Shown here piece by piece: positions 49,535 through 62,686 of a DNA stretch of 64,000 nucleotides. The position numbers and the translations under genes were made by a program. The notes below the pieces were generated by a model that worked only from the letters and a program-made list of their open reading frames with translations, had not been told where the DNA came from and did not search any database. This DNA is from Bugula neritina (lineage: Eukaryota > Animalia > Bryozoa): contig OZ037768.1 in the NCBI GenBank assembly GCA_964035545.1, positions 372,001 through 436,000 of the forward strand, written 5' to 3'. Positions within the stretch are counted from its first letter, which is position 1; each line of letters begins with the position of its first letter.

Positions 49535-51235
49535 ATGCAAGTGTACTCTTCCTTCGTAGGAGTGAATCTTCTTCTTACGTCAGCACTGTCTGCTGCCACT
49601 GCCAACTCAACAACAGGACAGCAGTAAATATTCTCAACCCTCAACTTTATACTTTGGAGTAGTGAACACTAGTTGGGCATAATTATTATGAGTACACGGG
49701 TACTAGATTATACTGCACACAGTGTATACTAGATTATACTGCGCACAGTGTATACTACATTATACTGCACACAGTGCATACTAGATTATACTGCGCACAG
49801 TGTATACTACATTATACTGCACACAGTGTATACTACATTATACTGCACACAGTGTATACTAGATTATACTGCGCACAGTGTATACTACATTATACTGCAC
49901 ACAGTGTATACTACATTATACTGCACACAGTGTATACTAGATTATACTGTGCACAGTGTATACTACATTATACTGTGCACAGTGTAAACTAGACTATACT
50001 GCGCACAGTGTAAAATGTAGTGTAATGTAATACAGCCTATTGCATACAATATACTATAATATGTATATAGTGCTAGTAGTAGTACTATATTATACTATTA
50101 TAGTACTAGTACTATAGTATAATATTATAGTACTAGTACTAGTAAGCAGTACCAGTACTATACTATGTACATAGTAGAGTACTACATATACTGTGTATAG
50201 TACTATATACTACGCAAGGTACTAGTAAATAGTACCTGTACTATATCTTACAACAGACTCAGTGAGTGTGTGTTTGACTCAGACTGTGGACAGAGTCTCT
50301 CAGGGAGAGTCTGTGTGGAAGCAACATGTCAGTGTATGAACTCTGGTGAACTCTGGGATGGAGTGAGTCGCTGTCTAGCAGCAGCTCAAGTTCAAAGGTC
50401 AGCTCTATGTATTACTGTTACATACTCACTACACACTGTATTTTTCTAAAAGATTCTCGAGTTTGGAGTTGGGGTTTTAAATTGGATTTCCGAACCCCCA
50501 ACCTCAAACCCAAGAATCCTAAACTATTGCTCTCAACTCAGAGCTGCTTATAGAATGACTCGTATTTTTCAGCGGCTCAACAATTCTGGATAACCTAAGA
50601 CCAGTGATGGCCATCAGCCTTGCCTTTGGTGTGGCAGTAGGGGTGGCTGTGCTAGCCCTCCTTATTACTCGCTGTCGAAATAACTATAGTCCAGCCCTTT
50701 ATGAACAAAGTTTAGACTTAGCATCTGTTAGGAAACAAAGGTGAAACTTAGGCTATCCAGCCTCCCCTTTCACAACTTTTATATTATTTCCTTCGCCGTT
50801 TGTCCTCAACAATTCAACATTGCAATGTGTGGTATAGTATAATATAGTAATAGTGTTACATAACGTGAAATATTATTCAATCATTCTGTTCCTTTGTATT
50901 CTAGTATTATTTATGGCAGAGCAAGCATTTTTCAACGGAGAGACACTCTATACAATCTGCAGAACAAAGAGAAAGACATCTCTCATAGGAAGGGCAACTC
51001 CACCAGTCACTTCTTTACACACAACTCAACATTTGAATTTACAACTACTCAGAAGGTTGCAGACGCAATAGCAGACAGGAAGTTGAGTAGCGATTCCATT
51101 CACAAACCTATGCCTTCAATCTTCCCACTTTATTCCCTGATGAATAATAACCCACAGAAGGTCATTCGCTACACAAAGCAAAACTACAAAGCTGTGAGAG
51201 ACAGCCATTTCAAACTGATTACTGAAACTCCGTGA
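49535..51235 (+). CDS. Unrecognised single-pass membrane protein with one 6-Cys EGF/EB-like module (~237 aa); N-terminus uncertain
   Basis: Exons 49535-49623, 50257-50397, 50573-50740 and 50920-51235 join in frame through three phase-2 GT-AG introns. Product: hydrophobic N-terminus (VGVNLLLTSALSAATA), CVFDSDCGQSLSGRVCVEATCQCMNSGELWDGVSRC, TM VMAISLAFGVAVGVAVLALLIT followed by RCR, then a tail of about 130 aa. Alternative start: exon 49465-49480 (MLESTG) spliced to 49560. Confidence 0.72.
49700..50012. repeat. 26-bp minisatellite in an intron of the orphan gene
   Basis: Unit TACTA(G/C)ATTATACTGCACACAGTGTA. Confidence 0.92.
50440..50560. mobile_element. Degenerate member of the same short palindromic family, in an intron of the orphan membrane-protein gene
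   Basis: GAGTTTGGAGTTGGGGTT / AACCCCCAACCTCAAAC internal palindrome; right arm shared with 32640-32660. Confidence 0.45.
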
Positions 51236-51414
51236 TTGAATATACAGTCATGTATTAGAGAGTTTTGGTAATTTAATTCAACATTTTATGATATTCTATA
51301 CATGAAGAGCTGCACTATTTACATCTTTGCTATACACACGTGTTGGTAGATAGAAATAAACTATGCACCACAATAATTACCATCCGTAATACCAACATAT
51401 CAAGATATACACAT

Positions 51415-51932
51415 AACACATGTAAATATACTATATAGCGATATACACATGTAAATATACTATATAGTGACATACACATGTAAGTATACTATATAGCGAT
51501 ATACACATGTAAGTATACTATATAGCGATATACACATGTAAATATATTATATAGCGATATACACATGTAAGTATACTATATAGCGATATACACATGTAAA
51601 TATACTATATAGTGACATACACATGTAAGTATACTATATAGCGATATACACATGTAAGTATACTATATAGCGATATACACATGTAAATATACTATATAGC
51701 GATATACACATGTAAGTATACTATATAGCGATATACACATGTAAATATACTATATAGCGATATACACATGTAAGTATACTATATAGCGATATACACATGT
51801 AAGTATACTATATAGCGATATACACATGTAAATATACTATATAGCGATATACACATGTAAGTGTACTATATAGCGATATACACATGTAAGTATACTATAT
51901 AGCGATATACACATGTAAATATACTATATATC
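51415..51932. repeat. 29-bp minisatellite (~18 copies) downstream of the orphan gene
   Basis: Unit ATACACATGTAA(G/A)TATACTATATAGCGAT, flanked by direct copies of ATATCAAGATATACAC. Confidence 0.93.
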
Positions 51933-53591
51933 AAGATATACACCAACTTCCTTAGAGTCTATAACTCAACAGTCTATTATGCAGATGATTTAAGCAATTC
52001 CTTTGAAAGGAGAACTTTCTAGCTTTGAAATATAAAAATTTATTAATTTTCATATCTGAAATGTTTAGCCCGCATATGAACAATCTACTATATATGTAAA
52101 GCAATAGCAGAACAATATATATAAAATGATTATCTCTCTATAAACACTGCCAATATCAAAAACCACAAGTCAACTCTTGCTTGCTTTGTTACTAAACAAA
52201 ATTAATGTTTTACATTCTTACAATATACATGATAATACCTGTTTTAAGTTATAAACAATGTCTAAAATATTCTGCAGTGTCTGCGTATAACTGAGTATAA
52301 CTTCTCACTGGCTCTTCACTTTGTGTGGAAGATTTTAAGCTCCATAAGGGTATAGGTGTAGAAATTATAACGCTTGCAAGCGAAGAGTAGTGGGAGTTAT
52401 CTGTACTTGTCAAGTGACTATGGAGTTACTTTTTCTTACAACTTACAACTTATTGGCTAGTTTCGAAATTGTTAGCAACAGTTTCACCATCAATAATAGA
52501 AAGTAATGCAATGATTATCGTTAGCGCCTCGTTCTACATTCAACCTAGTAACGTTAGACGCTGGGTCTTACTGTCAAGCTTGATTTGATTACAATATAAA
52601 AGTCTGCACCATTGTTGGGACTGACTATTCACCGCATGAATTCTCTCATTTAGTTGTCCGGTTCTTGATAGCTTTGGGATTATAATGAAACTAAGACGTC
52701 TTCATCGCAGCAAATTTGAAGAATATCATAATCACCAAGATTCCTACAAGTTTACTTAGAAAGTCACAGTAAAGCTAGTAGCTCTTGTCCTAACACTTGA
52801 ACTTATTCTTAGGTTGAAGTATCGTTATTTTAAAATTATTAATAACATTATTATTATAATTCATTAATTGGAAGTTAGTGTAAGTGTTACTTGGTAGTTG
52901 TTGTAATACTTTAATAGTGATACTGATAGTAATAGGACACAGTGAAACCACGACTATCCGCGTGGTACATTCACATAATTAGTGACTGCTACTAGCTTTC
53001 TGGAATTTGATTTCAACTTGCAGTTGACTTTGTACTGTGATTTTTGTGTTGTTGCATGAGGGTTTCTACTGCAACTCACTCAGTGTTCACATTTTAGCCG
53101 CACTTTTAAATAAGAAGTTAGTTTTAGTTTAGGTTTGCGTAGCACAAGCCTTAGACTCTCTTGTTAATTTAAAGAGGTTTAAATCTTTAAAATCGTCGAT
53201 ATCTATCATCTATGACACTCAAAGTGAGAAAACAGTATTAGTATTACTACTTGTGTGAACACAAATAGTTAAATTTTATGTGGTTGATCACAACTTTCAC
53301 TCAACTCTACTTCTTCATAACGAAAAGGACAAACAGGTAAGTTTAGCTTCAACTGACGTAATGATAATCATTTGCCAAATTATTTAATTAAAGATTCTGC
53401 TTAGACTGAGAGTAGTTTATTTGAGTCGTCATATTCTGTAAAATTCTTATTCAAATTTAAAAAATACTGAGCATGTGTTCTTTTACTCTATTTTTTACAT
53501 TTTTTATGTCGTTTGGTTTTTGGAAGTCAGTCTTAAGCAGGTTTTCACTAATAGCAATCAACTTTCTAAACCATTCAATCTTGTAGAAATC

Positions 53592-56500
53592 ATGAACTTG
53601 GTTACTGCTTCGAACTTCATCCGAATTCGAAAGACACATCTATTTCAACTTAGAAATCCAGAGTTTCCAGCCTTTTTCCAACGAGATCTAACACATTCGT
53701 CTAGTGATAATAAAAATGTTAAATTCAATGTGAATAATGTCTCAAGAAGGCTGGAGAGATCGAGGTCTGTGACATCATACTACTACAACAGTGCTCTGGA
53801 TGCAGCAGCCAGCAAAGTATGTCCCGCCTCTTATGTCCCGCCTCTTTATACCACTGGCTCTGATATAAGTGTGTTAATATCTGATTATGCTGTCTTTATT
53901 ACTTGAAGTTTTGTGAAAATTATTATATTAAGAATTGTTTGTTGAAATAATATATAGTTTTACCTAAATGTATGGATTTCACAGGATTCTGTGCGTTTGG
54001 TGCCCACAACTTTACTCTATACTGGAAAGAAACCAGACGATTCACATATGTTGGTAAGTCTAACTCTCTATGTCTATGGTGGGTATAACTCTCTATGTCT
54101 ATGGTAAGTGTAGCTCTCTATGTCTATGGTAAGTCTAACTCTCTATGTCTATGGTAAGTGTAGCTCTCTATGTCTATGGTAAGTCTAACTCTCTATATCT
54201 ATGGTAAGTCTAACTCTCTATGTCTATGGTAAGTCTAACTCTCTATGTCTATGGTAAGTCTAACTCTCTATATCTATGGTGGGTATAACTCTCTATGTCT
54301 ATGGTAAGTCTAACTCTCTATGTCTATGGTAAGTGTGGCTTTCTATGTCTATGGTAAGTCTAACTCTCTATGTCTATGGTAAGTGTAACATCTACTCTAT
54401 GTACACTATAATCATGCTCCACAACGTGGGGTACAAAGTCCCATTATATTTGTTCATCATTTTGTTGCCACGGTAACAAGATGCCTGAAGTTCTAGCTAC
54501 AGCCTGTCTTACGTAATTCATATTGTCTGATTACGCAATACTCCTGTCCTGAAACAATAACACTTGTTCTGTGTGTACAACAAGCTATAGTTTTCATTTG
54601 TCTATCTTGTATTGTTTTTCTCCATGTATTAGCCTACACAAGTTACTTCATTGTATGTTACTTCATTGTATGTTACTTTATTGTATGTTACTTTATTGTA
54701 TGCTGCCCATTGTATGTTACTCCATTGTGTATTACCTGCACTTAGGTTTGCATTGCATCACTATTATAATACATGCATAGTTGGCTAGTCCCAGAAAATA
54801 TCTTCTCTTGCCTCTACAACACTACATAACATGTAATACTAATATAATATAATACAATACGATATAGCATAATACAATATAATATCATATTATATAATAC
54901 GATATAACATAATACAGTATAATATAATACGATATAACATCATACAGTATAATATAATACGATATAACATCATACAGTATAATATAATACCATATCCTGC
55001 AGATGGGGGCTCAGTATCTGCACAAGGAGTTGCCTGTCCGTATTGCACACAGAGTGGCCGGCTTCAGAGAACTGCCATTCATTGTTGGCTGCAATCCAAG
55101 TATACTGCAAGTGGTAAGTATGTCAGTAATAATACGGTATTACTAGTTGTATAGCACATGGTGTAATACTGTATTACTAGTTGTATAGCACATGGTGTAA
55201 TACTGTATTACTAGTTGTATAGCACGTGGTGTAATACTGTATTACTAGGTGTATAGCACATGGTGTAATACTGTATTACTAGTTGTATAGCACACGGTGT
55301 AATACTGTATTATAATGTGTTACAGCATGAACTCTACATCAGAGCCTTCCAAAAGCTGACAGATTTCCCACCAGTAAGTATCGTCTCTCCAGCATACGAA
55401 TATCTGTATATACTATACACTCTGTACTGTATACTATACTATAGTAACTACTATACTATACACTCTGTACTGTATACTATAGTAACTACTATACTATACA
55501 CTCTGTACTGTATACTATAGTAACTACTATACTATACACTCTGTACTGTATACTATACTATAGTAACTACTATACTATACACTCTGTACTGTATACTATA
55601 CTATAGTAACTACTATACTATACACTCTGTACCGGTAGATTCAAAACCTGGAAGAGGACTCGGAATTCTGCAAGCTGATCCGATCGCTACTTGATGATCA
55701 CCGCGACGTAGTGACATTGCTAGCAGAAGGCTTTAAGGAATGTAAAAAGCACTTACCTGTAAGTATACAGTACCACTTACCTGTGAGTATACGGTGTGAC
55801 TTACCTGTAAGTATACAGTACCACTTACCTGTAAGTATACAGTATGACTTACCTGTGAGTATACAGTATGACTTACCTGTAAGTATACAGTACCACTTAC
55901 CTGTAAGTATACAGTATGACTTACCTGTGAGTATACAGTATGACTTACCTGTGAGTATACAGTACGACTTACCTGTAAGTATACAGTCAGACTTACCTGT
56001 AAGTATACAGTGTGACTTACCTGTAAGTATACAGTATGACTTACCTGTGAGTATACAGTATGACTTACCTGTAAGTATACAGTACCACTTACCTGTAAGT
56101 ATACAGTATGACTTACCTGTGAGTATACAGTATGACTTACCTGTAAGTATACAGTCAGACTTACCTGTAAGTATACAGTGTGACTTACCTGTGAGTATAT
56201 AGTCAGACTTACCTGTGAGTATACAGTATGACTTACCTGTAAGTATACAGTATGACTTACCTGTAAGTATACAGTCAGACTTACCTGTAAGTATACAGTG
56301 TGACTTACCTGTGAGTATATAGTCAGACTTACCTGTGAGTATACAGTATGACTTACCTGTAAGTATACAGTATGACTTACCTGTAAGTATACAGTCAGAC
56401 TTACCTGTGAGTATACAGTATGACTTACCTGTAAGTATACAGTATGACTTACCTGTGAGTATACAGTATGACTTACCTGTGAGTATACAGTCAGACTTAC

Positions 56501-59500
56501 CTGTGAGTATACAGTATGACTTACCTGTAAGTATACAGTATGACTTACCTGTAAGTATACAGTATGACTTACCTGTGAGTATATAGTATGACTTACCTGT
56601 GAGTATACAGTATGACTTACCTGTGAGTATATAGTATGACTTACCTGTGAGTATACAGTATGACTTACCTGTGAGTATACAGTATGACTTACCTGTGAGT
56701 ATACAGTATGACTTACCTGTGAGTATACAGTGTGACTTACCTGTAAGTATACAGTATGACTTACCTGTAAGTATACAGTATGACTTACCTGTGAGTATAT
56801 AGTATGACTTACCTGTGAGTATACAGTATGACTTACCTGTGAGTATATAGTATGACTTACCTGTGAGTATACAGTATGACTTACCTGTGAGTATACAGTA
56901 TGACTTACCTGTGAGTATACAGTATGACTTACCTGTGAGTATACAGTATGACTTACCTGTAAGTATACAGTCAGACTTACCTGTAAGTATACAGTATGAC
57001 TTACCTGTGAGTATACAGTATGACTTACCTGTGAGTATACAGTATGACTTACCTGTGAGTATACAGTACGACTTACCTGTAAGTATACAGTCAGACTTAC
57101 CTGTAAGTATACAGTGTGACTTACCTGTAAGTATACAGTATGACTTACCTGTGAGTATACAGTATGACTTACCTGTAAGTATACAGTACCACTTACCTGT
57201 AAGTATACAGTATGACTTACCTGTGAGTATACAGTATGACTTACCTGTAAGTATACAGTCAGACTTACCTGTAAGTATACAGTGTGACTTACCTGTGAGT
57301 ATATAGTCAGACTTACCTGTGAGTATACAGTATGACTTACCTGTAAGTATACAGTATGACTTACCTGTAAGTATACAGTCAGACTTACCTGTAAGTATAC
57401 AGTGTGACTTACCTGTGAGTATATAGTCAGACTTACCTGTGAGTATACAGTATGACTTACCTGTAAGTATACAGTATGACTTACCTGTAAGTATACAGTC
57501 AGACTTACCTGTGAGTATACAGTGTGACTTACCTGTAAGTATACAGTATGACTTACCTGTAAGTATACAGTATGACTTACCTGTGAGTATATAGTATGAC
57601 TTACCTGTGAGTATACAGTATGACTTACCTGTGAGTATACAGTATGACTTACCTGTGAGTATACAGTATGACTTACCTGTGAGTATACAGTATGACTTAC
57701 CTGTAAGTATACAGTCAGACTTACCTGTAAGTATACAGTATGACTTACCTGTGAGTATACAGTGTGACTTACCTGTAAGTATACAGTCAGACTTACCTGT
57801 AAGTATACAGTATGACTTACCTGTGAGTATACAGTATGACTTACCTGTAAGTATACAGTGTGACTTACCTGTAAGTATATAGTCAGACTTACCTGTAAGT
57901 ATATAGTGTGACTTACTCTCTACTACGCTATATCTGATTCAGGATAGCAGAGTCACCAAGACCTTCCTGGACAAGACGCTGACGTCTAGACTTGGTATTA
58001 GAATGTTGTGTGAATATCATCTGGCGCTGCATGAAGACAAGGTAACCACCTGTCACCACTTTGTGTCATGTGACACTATATGTCACTGTGTGTCACTTGT
58101 CACTTTGTGTCATGTGTTTCTATGTGTCGCATGTCAGTATATGTCACTGTGTGTCACATGTCACTTTGTGACACATGTGTGTTGGTTACTATAAAGTGCC
58201 CAATTCTAGGCTCTCCTAAGAATTCAATTTAATTTTCAACCTTTATTCCCTCACCAACCATAATATGGTGTGTAATTCCTTCACCAACTATGATATGGTG
58301 TGTAATTTATTTGGTAGTTGTGTTACATAAGATTGTAATACATAATTATAGTCTGTCTACATTCTATACGCTGCATGCACACGTTCACACACCGTGCTCA
58401 TCACGTTCACACAGTAGTTGTATCTCATGGTTTCTATGGTAACCTGTTTGCAGAGTTCAGCTTATTAACTTTGAGTTTATAGAGGAAATGCATGGGTTTA
58501 ATATGGTAAATAGTTGGCTACTGCATTATCTCATCTCCTTATTATATCTGAATTATATATGATAGAAAGATAGTAACCACTCGGTGTGTAGTTGAATGTG
58601 GCCCCTTGCCAGGTGGAGCATCGTGTGTTTTAATTTAACTGTTTTCTTTGTTCTGTCAAAATATGGTCGTAGTGATTGGAACAGAGCCAGATTTTTACTT
58701 AAGCAAAGCACATAAACCACTCTAATTACGTATGGCTATACCCAGGGTTTTGGTGAATAACTGGTGTTATATTATATATACCATGTAAGGTGTGATTCAT
58801 TGTTGACACCAGGTCAAATATATGGCAGTGTTTATAAACAATAATTCACTTGATATAATGAGTTGTGCATTCGTTTCCAATTTAGGTGCAGATGAACTTA
58901 AACTGCTCTGCAGTTCTTGTAATCTAGCATAAAATAGATGTTTAAGGTAGCAGCAGTAGTGCTAGTAATAGTAGTAGTAGTAGTAGTACTAGTAGTAGCA
59001 GCAGCAGTAGTGCTAGTAATAGTAGTAGTAGTGCTAGTAATAGTAGTAGTAGTGCTAGTAATAGTAGTAGTAGTAGTGCTAGTAATAGTAGTAGTAGTAG
59101 TGCTAGTAGTGCTGGTGATAGTAGTAGTAGCAACAGTGGTAGTAATAGTCATAGTAGCTAGTGTTATCTTTTACTGTATCGCACTGTGTATAATATTGCT
59201 ACTTTCTCCTTTCAGCCCGGACATGTTGGAATTATATCCGTTAACTTTCAACCTCGAAGACTCTTAGAGAAAAAGGCAGAATTTGCTCAGTAAGTGTTAA
59301 TAAATGTACTGTTAGTCACTCACCTTCAGTCACTCACCTTCAGTCACACTCGCCTTCAGTCACTCACCTTCAGTCACTCTTACCTTCAGTCACTCTTACC
59401 TTCAGTCACTTTCACCTTCAGTCACTCACCTTCAGTCACTCACCTTCAGTCACTCACCTTCAGTCACTCACCTTCAGTCACTCACCTTCAGTCACTCTTA

Positions 59501-62146
59501 CCTTCAGTCACATAAGATATATTTGATTCTCATCCTCTTCAGATGTAGAGATGTGAATTTTCGCGTAACAAGCAAAAAACTTCTCATGTTTCAAATATTT
59601 CTCAGAACTCAAGCTATTCACTGCAGCTACTTCACTTCACTACACTAACACCTTAGTACTTTACTTCACAGTCACTGCTACCACTACTTAGTCACTGTTA
59701 CCACTACTAAGTCACTGTTACCACTACTAAGTCACTGCTACCACTACTTAGTCACTGTTACCACTACTAAGTCACTGTTACCACTACTTAGTCACTGTTA
59801 CTACTACTTAGTCACTGTTACCGCTACTTAGTCACTGTTACTACTACTTAGTCACTGTTACCGCTACTTAGTCACTGTTACCGCTACTTAGTCACTGTTA
59901 CCGCTACTTAGTCACTGTTACTACTACTTAGTCACTGTTACCACTCCTTAGCCACTGTTACTACTACTTAGTCACTGTTACTACTATTTAGCCACTGTTA
60001 CTACTACTTAGTCACTGTTACTACTACTTAGTCACTGTTACTACTACTTAGTCACTGTTACTACTACTTAGTCACTGTTACCGCTACTTAGTCACTGTTA
60101 CTACTACTTAGTCACTGCTACCACTACTTAGTCACTGTTACCACTACTTAGTCACTGTTACTACTACTTAGTCACTGCTACCACTACTTAGTCACTGTTA
60201 CTACTACTTAGTCACTGCTACCACTACTTAGTCACTGTTACTACTACTTGGTCACTGTTACCACTACTAAGTCACTGTTACTCTGTAATATTATACTGTG
60301 TAATATTATACTGTGTGGCGTGTTGCAGGAAGATATGTGAACACAGGTACGGCAAGGCCCCTGCTGTCACTGTGAATGGACACATTAACTCCACCTTCCC
60401 CTACATTGCCGCCCCTCTCGAGTATATCATCATGGAACTACTTAAAAACGCAATGAGGTGATTTATGGCTAGCAGTCCAGCTACAGCTGTGCTACTTACC
60501 TCTGCCACTCACTGTAGAGTGTAGACTGTAGAGTATACCTACTTAGTCTCTAGTTATGTAATAGTGTTGCTGAGGTCCTCTATTGATTCAGGGGTGGGGC
60601 CATGACGACCCCTGAGAATGGTATTACTAAGACATCTGCTAGCATATAATTTAGAGGCAGATTATGTGTCCATTATCTGCTGCTGCTCCAGTGAACTATG
60701 AAATTATGTCCTGCAGTTTAGTATAATGTATACTCTGTACATCATATCTTATAGTTTAGCATAATGTATACTCTGTACACTATATCTTATAGCTTGATAT
60801 AATGTATACTCTATACACTATATCTTATAGCTTGATATAATGTATACTCTATACACTATATCTTATAGCTTGATATAATGTATACTCTGTACACTATATC
60901 TTATAGCTTGATATAATGTATACTCTGTACACTATATCTTATAGCTTGATATAATGTATACTCTATACACTATATCTTATAGCTTGATATAATGTATACT
61001 CTGTACACTATATCTTATAGCTTGATATAATGTATACTCTATACACTATATCTTATAGTTTAGTGTAATGTGTATTCTGTACACTATATCCATGCTGTAA
61101 CAGAGTTAGTGATGCTGTGATATTGCCACTATTCCAGGGCCACGGTGGAAGCTCACAGACATGCGTCACACCTTCCCCCTATAACTGTCACCATCGCCAA
61201 CAACGACGTGGATTTCCTCATCAGGTAACCCACCTAACTCACCTGTTAAGGTGTGCTAGCTCGCCTGTTGAACTATTAGTAACTCACCTGTTGAGGTGTG
61301 CTAGCTCACCTGTTGAGGTGTGCTAGCTCACCTGTTGAACTGCTAGTAACTCACCTGTTGAACTGCTAGTAACTCACCTGTTAAACTATTAGTATTATTA
61401 TCTTGTATTCTCCAAGTTGGAGTTTTCATACTAAAATATTTTCACTGATATTCAGAGTTGCCCTCTCGTCTTTTATGTTCTTCAAAAGGCGCACAACTCC
61501 AGTTTTCCCTCATCTGTACTAACTGCTGCTGTTACTCTCTCGCAGCAGCTAATTTCCTGTTGATGATGTCACTTCCTCTGACTTACAGGATCTCTGACAG
61601 GGGAGGCGGGATTCCACACGAACATATCAACCAAGTCTGGGACTACCACTTTACCACCGCTGACGGGCCAGGTCGCGACCCCCCTGACAATGATGCCGAC
61701 CAAAGTCCATTCCGAGCCATCATGTCTCCCCCTAATCAGGGTTCCCCGTCTGGTGCTATGTTCGGGTGAGTGCAGTACCCCACCCGACCTTGACAGTAAG
61801 CTACGGCATCACGTAGTTATTATATAATATAGTATATAGTTATTATATAATATAGTATATAGTTATTATATAATATAGTATGTAGTTATTATATAATATA
61901 GTATATAGTTATTATATAATATAGTATATAGTTATTATATAATATAGTATGTAGTTATTATATAATATAGTATGTAGATATTATATAATTGTATATACCA
62001 GGTTTGGATTTGGTTTACCTGCGTGTAAAGCGTATGCAGAGTACCTGGGGGGTTGCCTCACCATGGAAACGCTGCAAGGGATAGGGACAGACACGTATCT
62101 TAGACTGAAACACATTGACGGTAAAGGCATGAGCTTCAGGATATAA
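53592..62146 (+). CDS. BCKDK: Branched-chain alpha-ketoacid dehydrogenase kinase, mitochondrial (~427 aa)
   Basis: 11 exons: 53592-53816, 53985-54053, 55003-55113, 55326-55373, 55639-55758, 57943-58041, 59216-59289, 60329-60457, 61138-61224, 61589-61765, 62002-62146; total 1284 nt. [35 protein letters not shown]-box [10 protein letters not shown]1 ISDRGGGI, G2 GFGFGLP, C-terminal [12 protein letters not shown]. Likely 5'UTR intron 53337-53586. Confidence 0.95.
54053..54388 (+). repeat. 25-bp repeat (~13 copies) of the BCKDK exon 2 donor
   Basis: Unit G|GTAAGTCTAACTCTCTATGTCTAT. Confidence 0.93.
55750..57917 (+). repeat. 24-bp minisatellite (~90 copies) copied from the BCKDK exon 5 end and donor
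   Basis: Unit ACTTACCT|GT(A/G)AGTATACAGTATG. Confidence 0.97.
58945..61990. repeat. Private arrays in BCKDK introns 6-10
   Basis: (GTA)n 58945-59160; 14-bp TCAGTCACTCACCT 59314-59510; 20-bp GTCACTGTTAC(T/C)ACTACTTA 59670-60283; 39-bp TATAATGTATACTCT(G/A)TACACTATATCTTATAGCTTGA 60720-61090; 23-bp TAGTTATTATATAATATAGTATA 61813-61990. Additional arrays in introns 3-4 (55137-55312, 55408-55632). Confidence 0.9.
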
Positions 62147-62686
62147 CAAACCTACTTAAACACCTTCACTCGGAGAATTACTTATGCCAGTATGTCTTCA
62201 GTACTCGGGACTTTTTACTATCTCTTTAGTCAGTCTTCATAGTCATATGTTGTTATGTGTTGTATCTACGTGATGATAATACTACAATCTCTATAGTAAT
62301 CTTGTGCCTTTCAATCTCTCTTCACTTTGTATGGCCAGGAACTGGTCCTGCGTATTATATTATATTATATTATATTATATTATAGTTATATATGCTGTGT
62401 ATTGTAGTAAACCAGGTTGTGTGCTTTTGTTATATTATTATATTTTATTATATTCTGTTAGAATTTGGTAATATATTTCATTATAAGTATGAAAAAATAA
62501 ATATTGTCATAAATCTATAAAAGTTTTCTAGATAGTGTCCATATCTCATTAAAGTTAATAAATATTCATATACAGAAAGAGTGTTTCACATTGACTATAT
62601 TGCACATTAACAACTAGAAAGTATCTGCTTAATATATAAAACACTACTACTGTGTGTAGTCTACTGTTTCTCATAGACTGAGCTCT

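Noticed and set aside
52240-52535. Minus-strand exon-like segments with plausible splice signals upstream of BCKDK
   Set aside because: I could not join them into a consistent reading frame or recognise a product; a spliced non-coding RNA cannot be excluded without RNA data.
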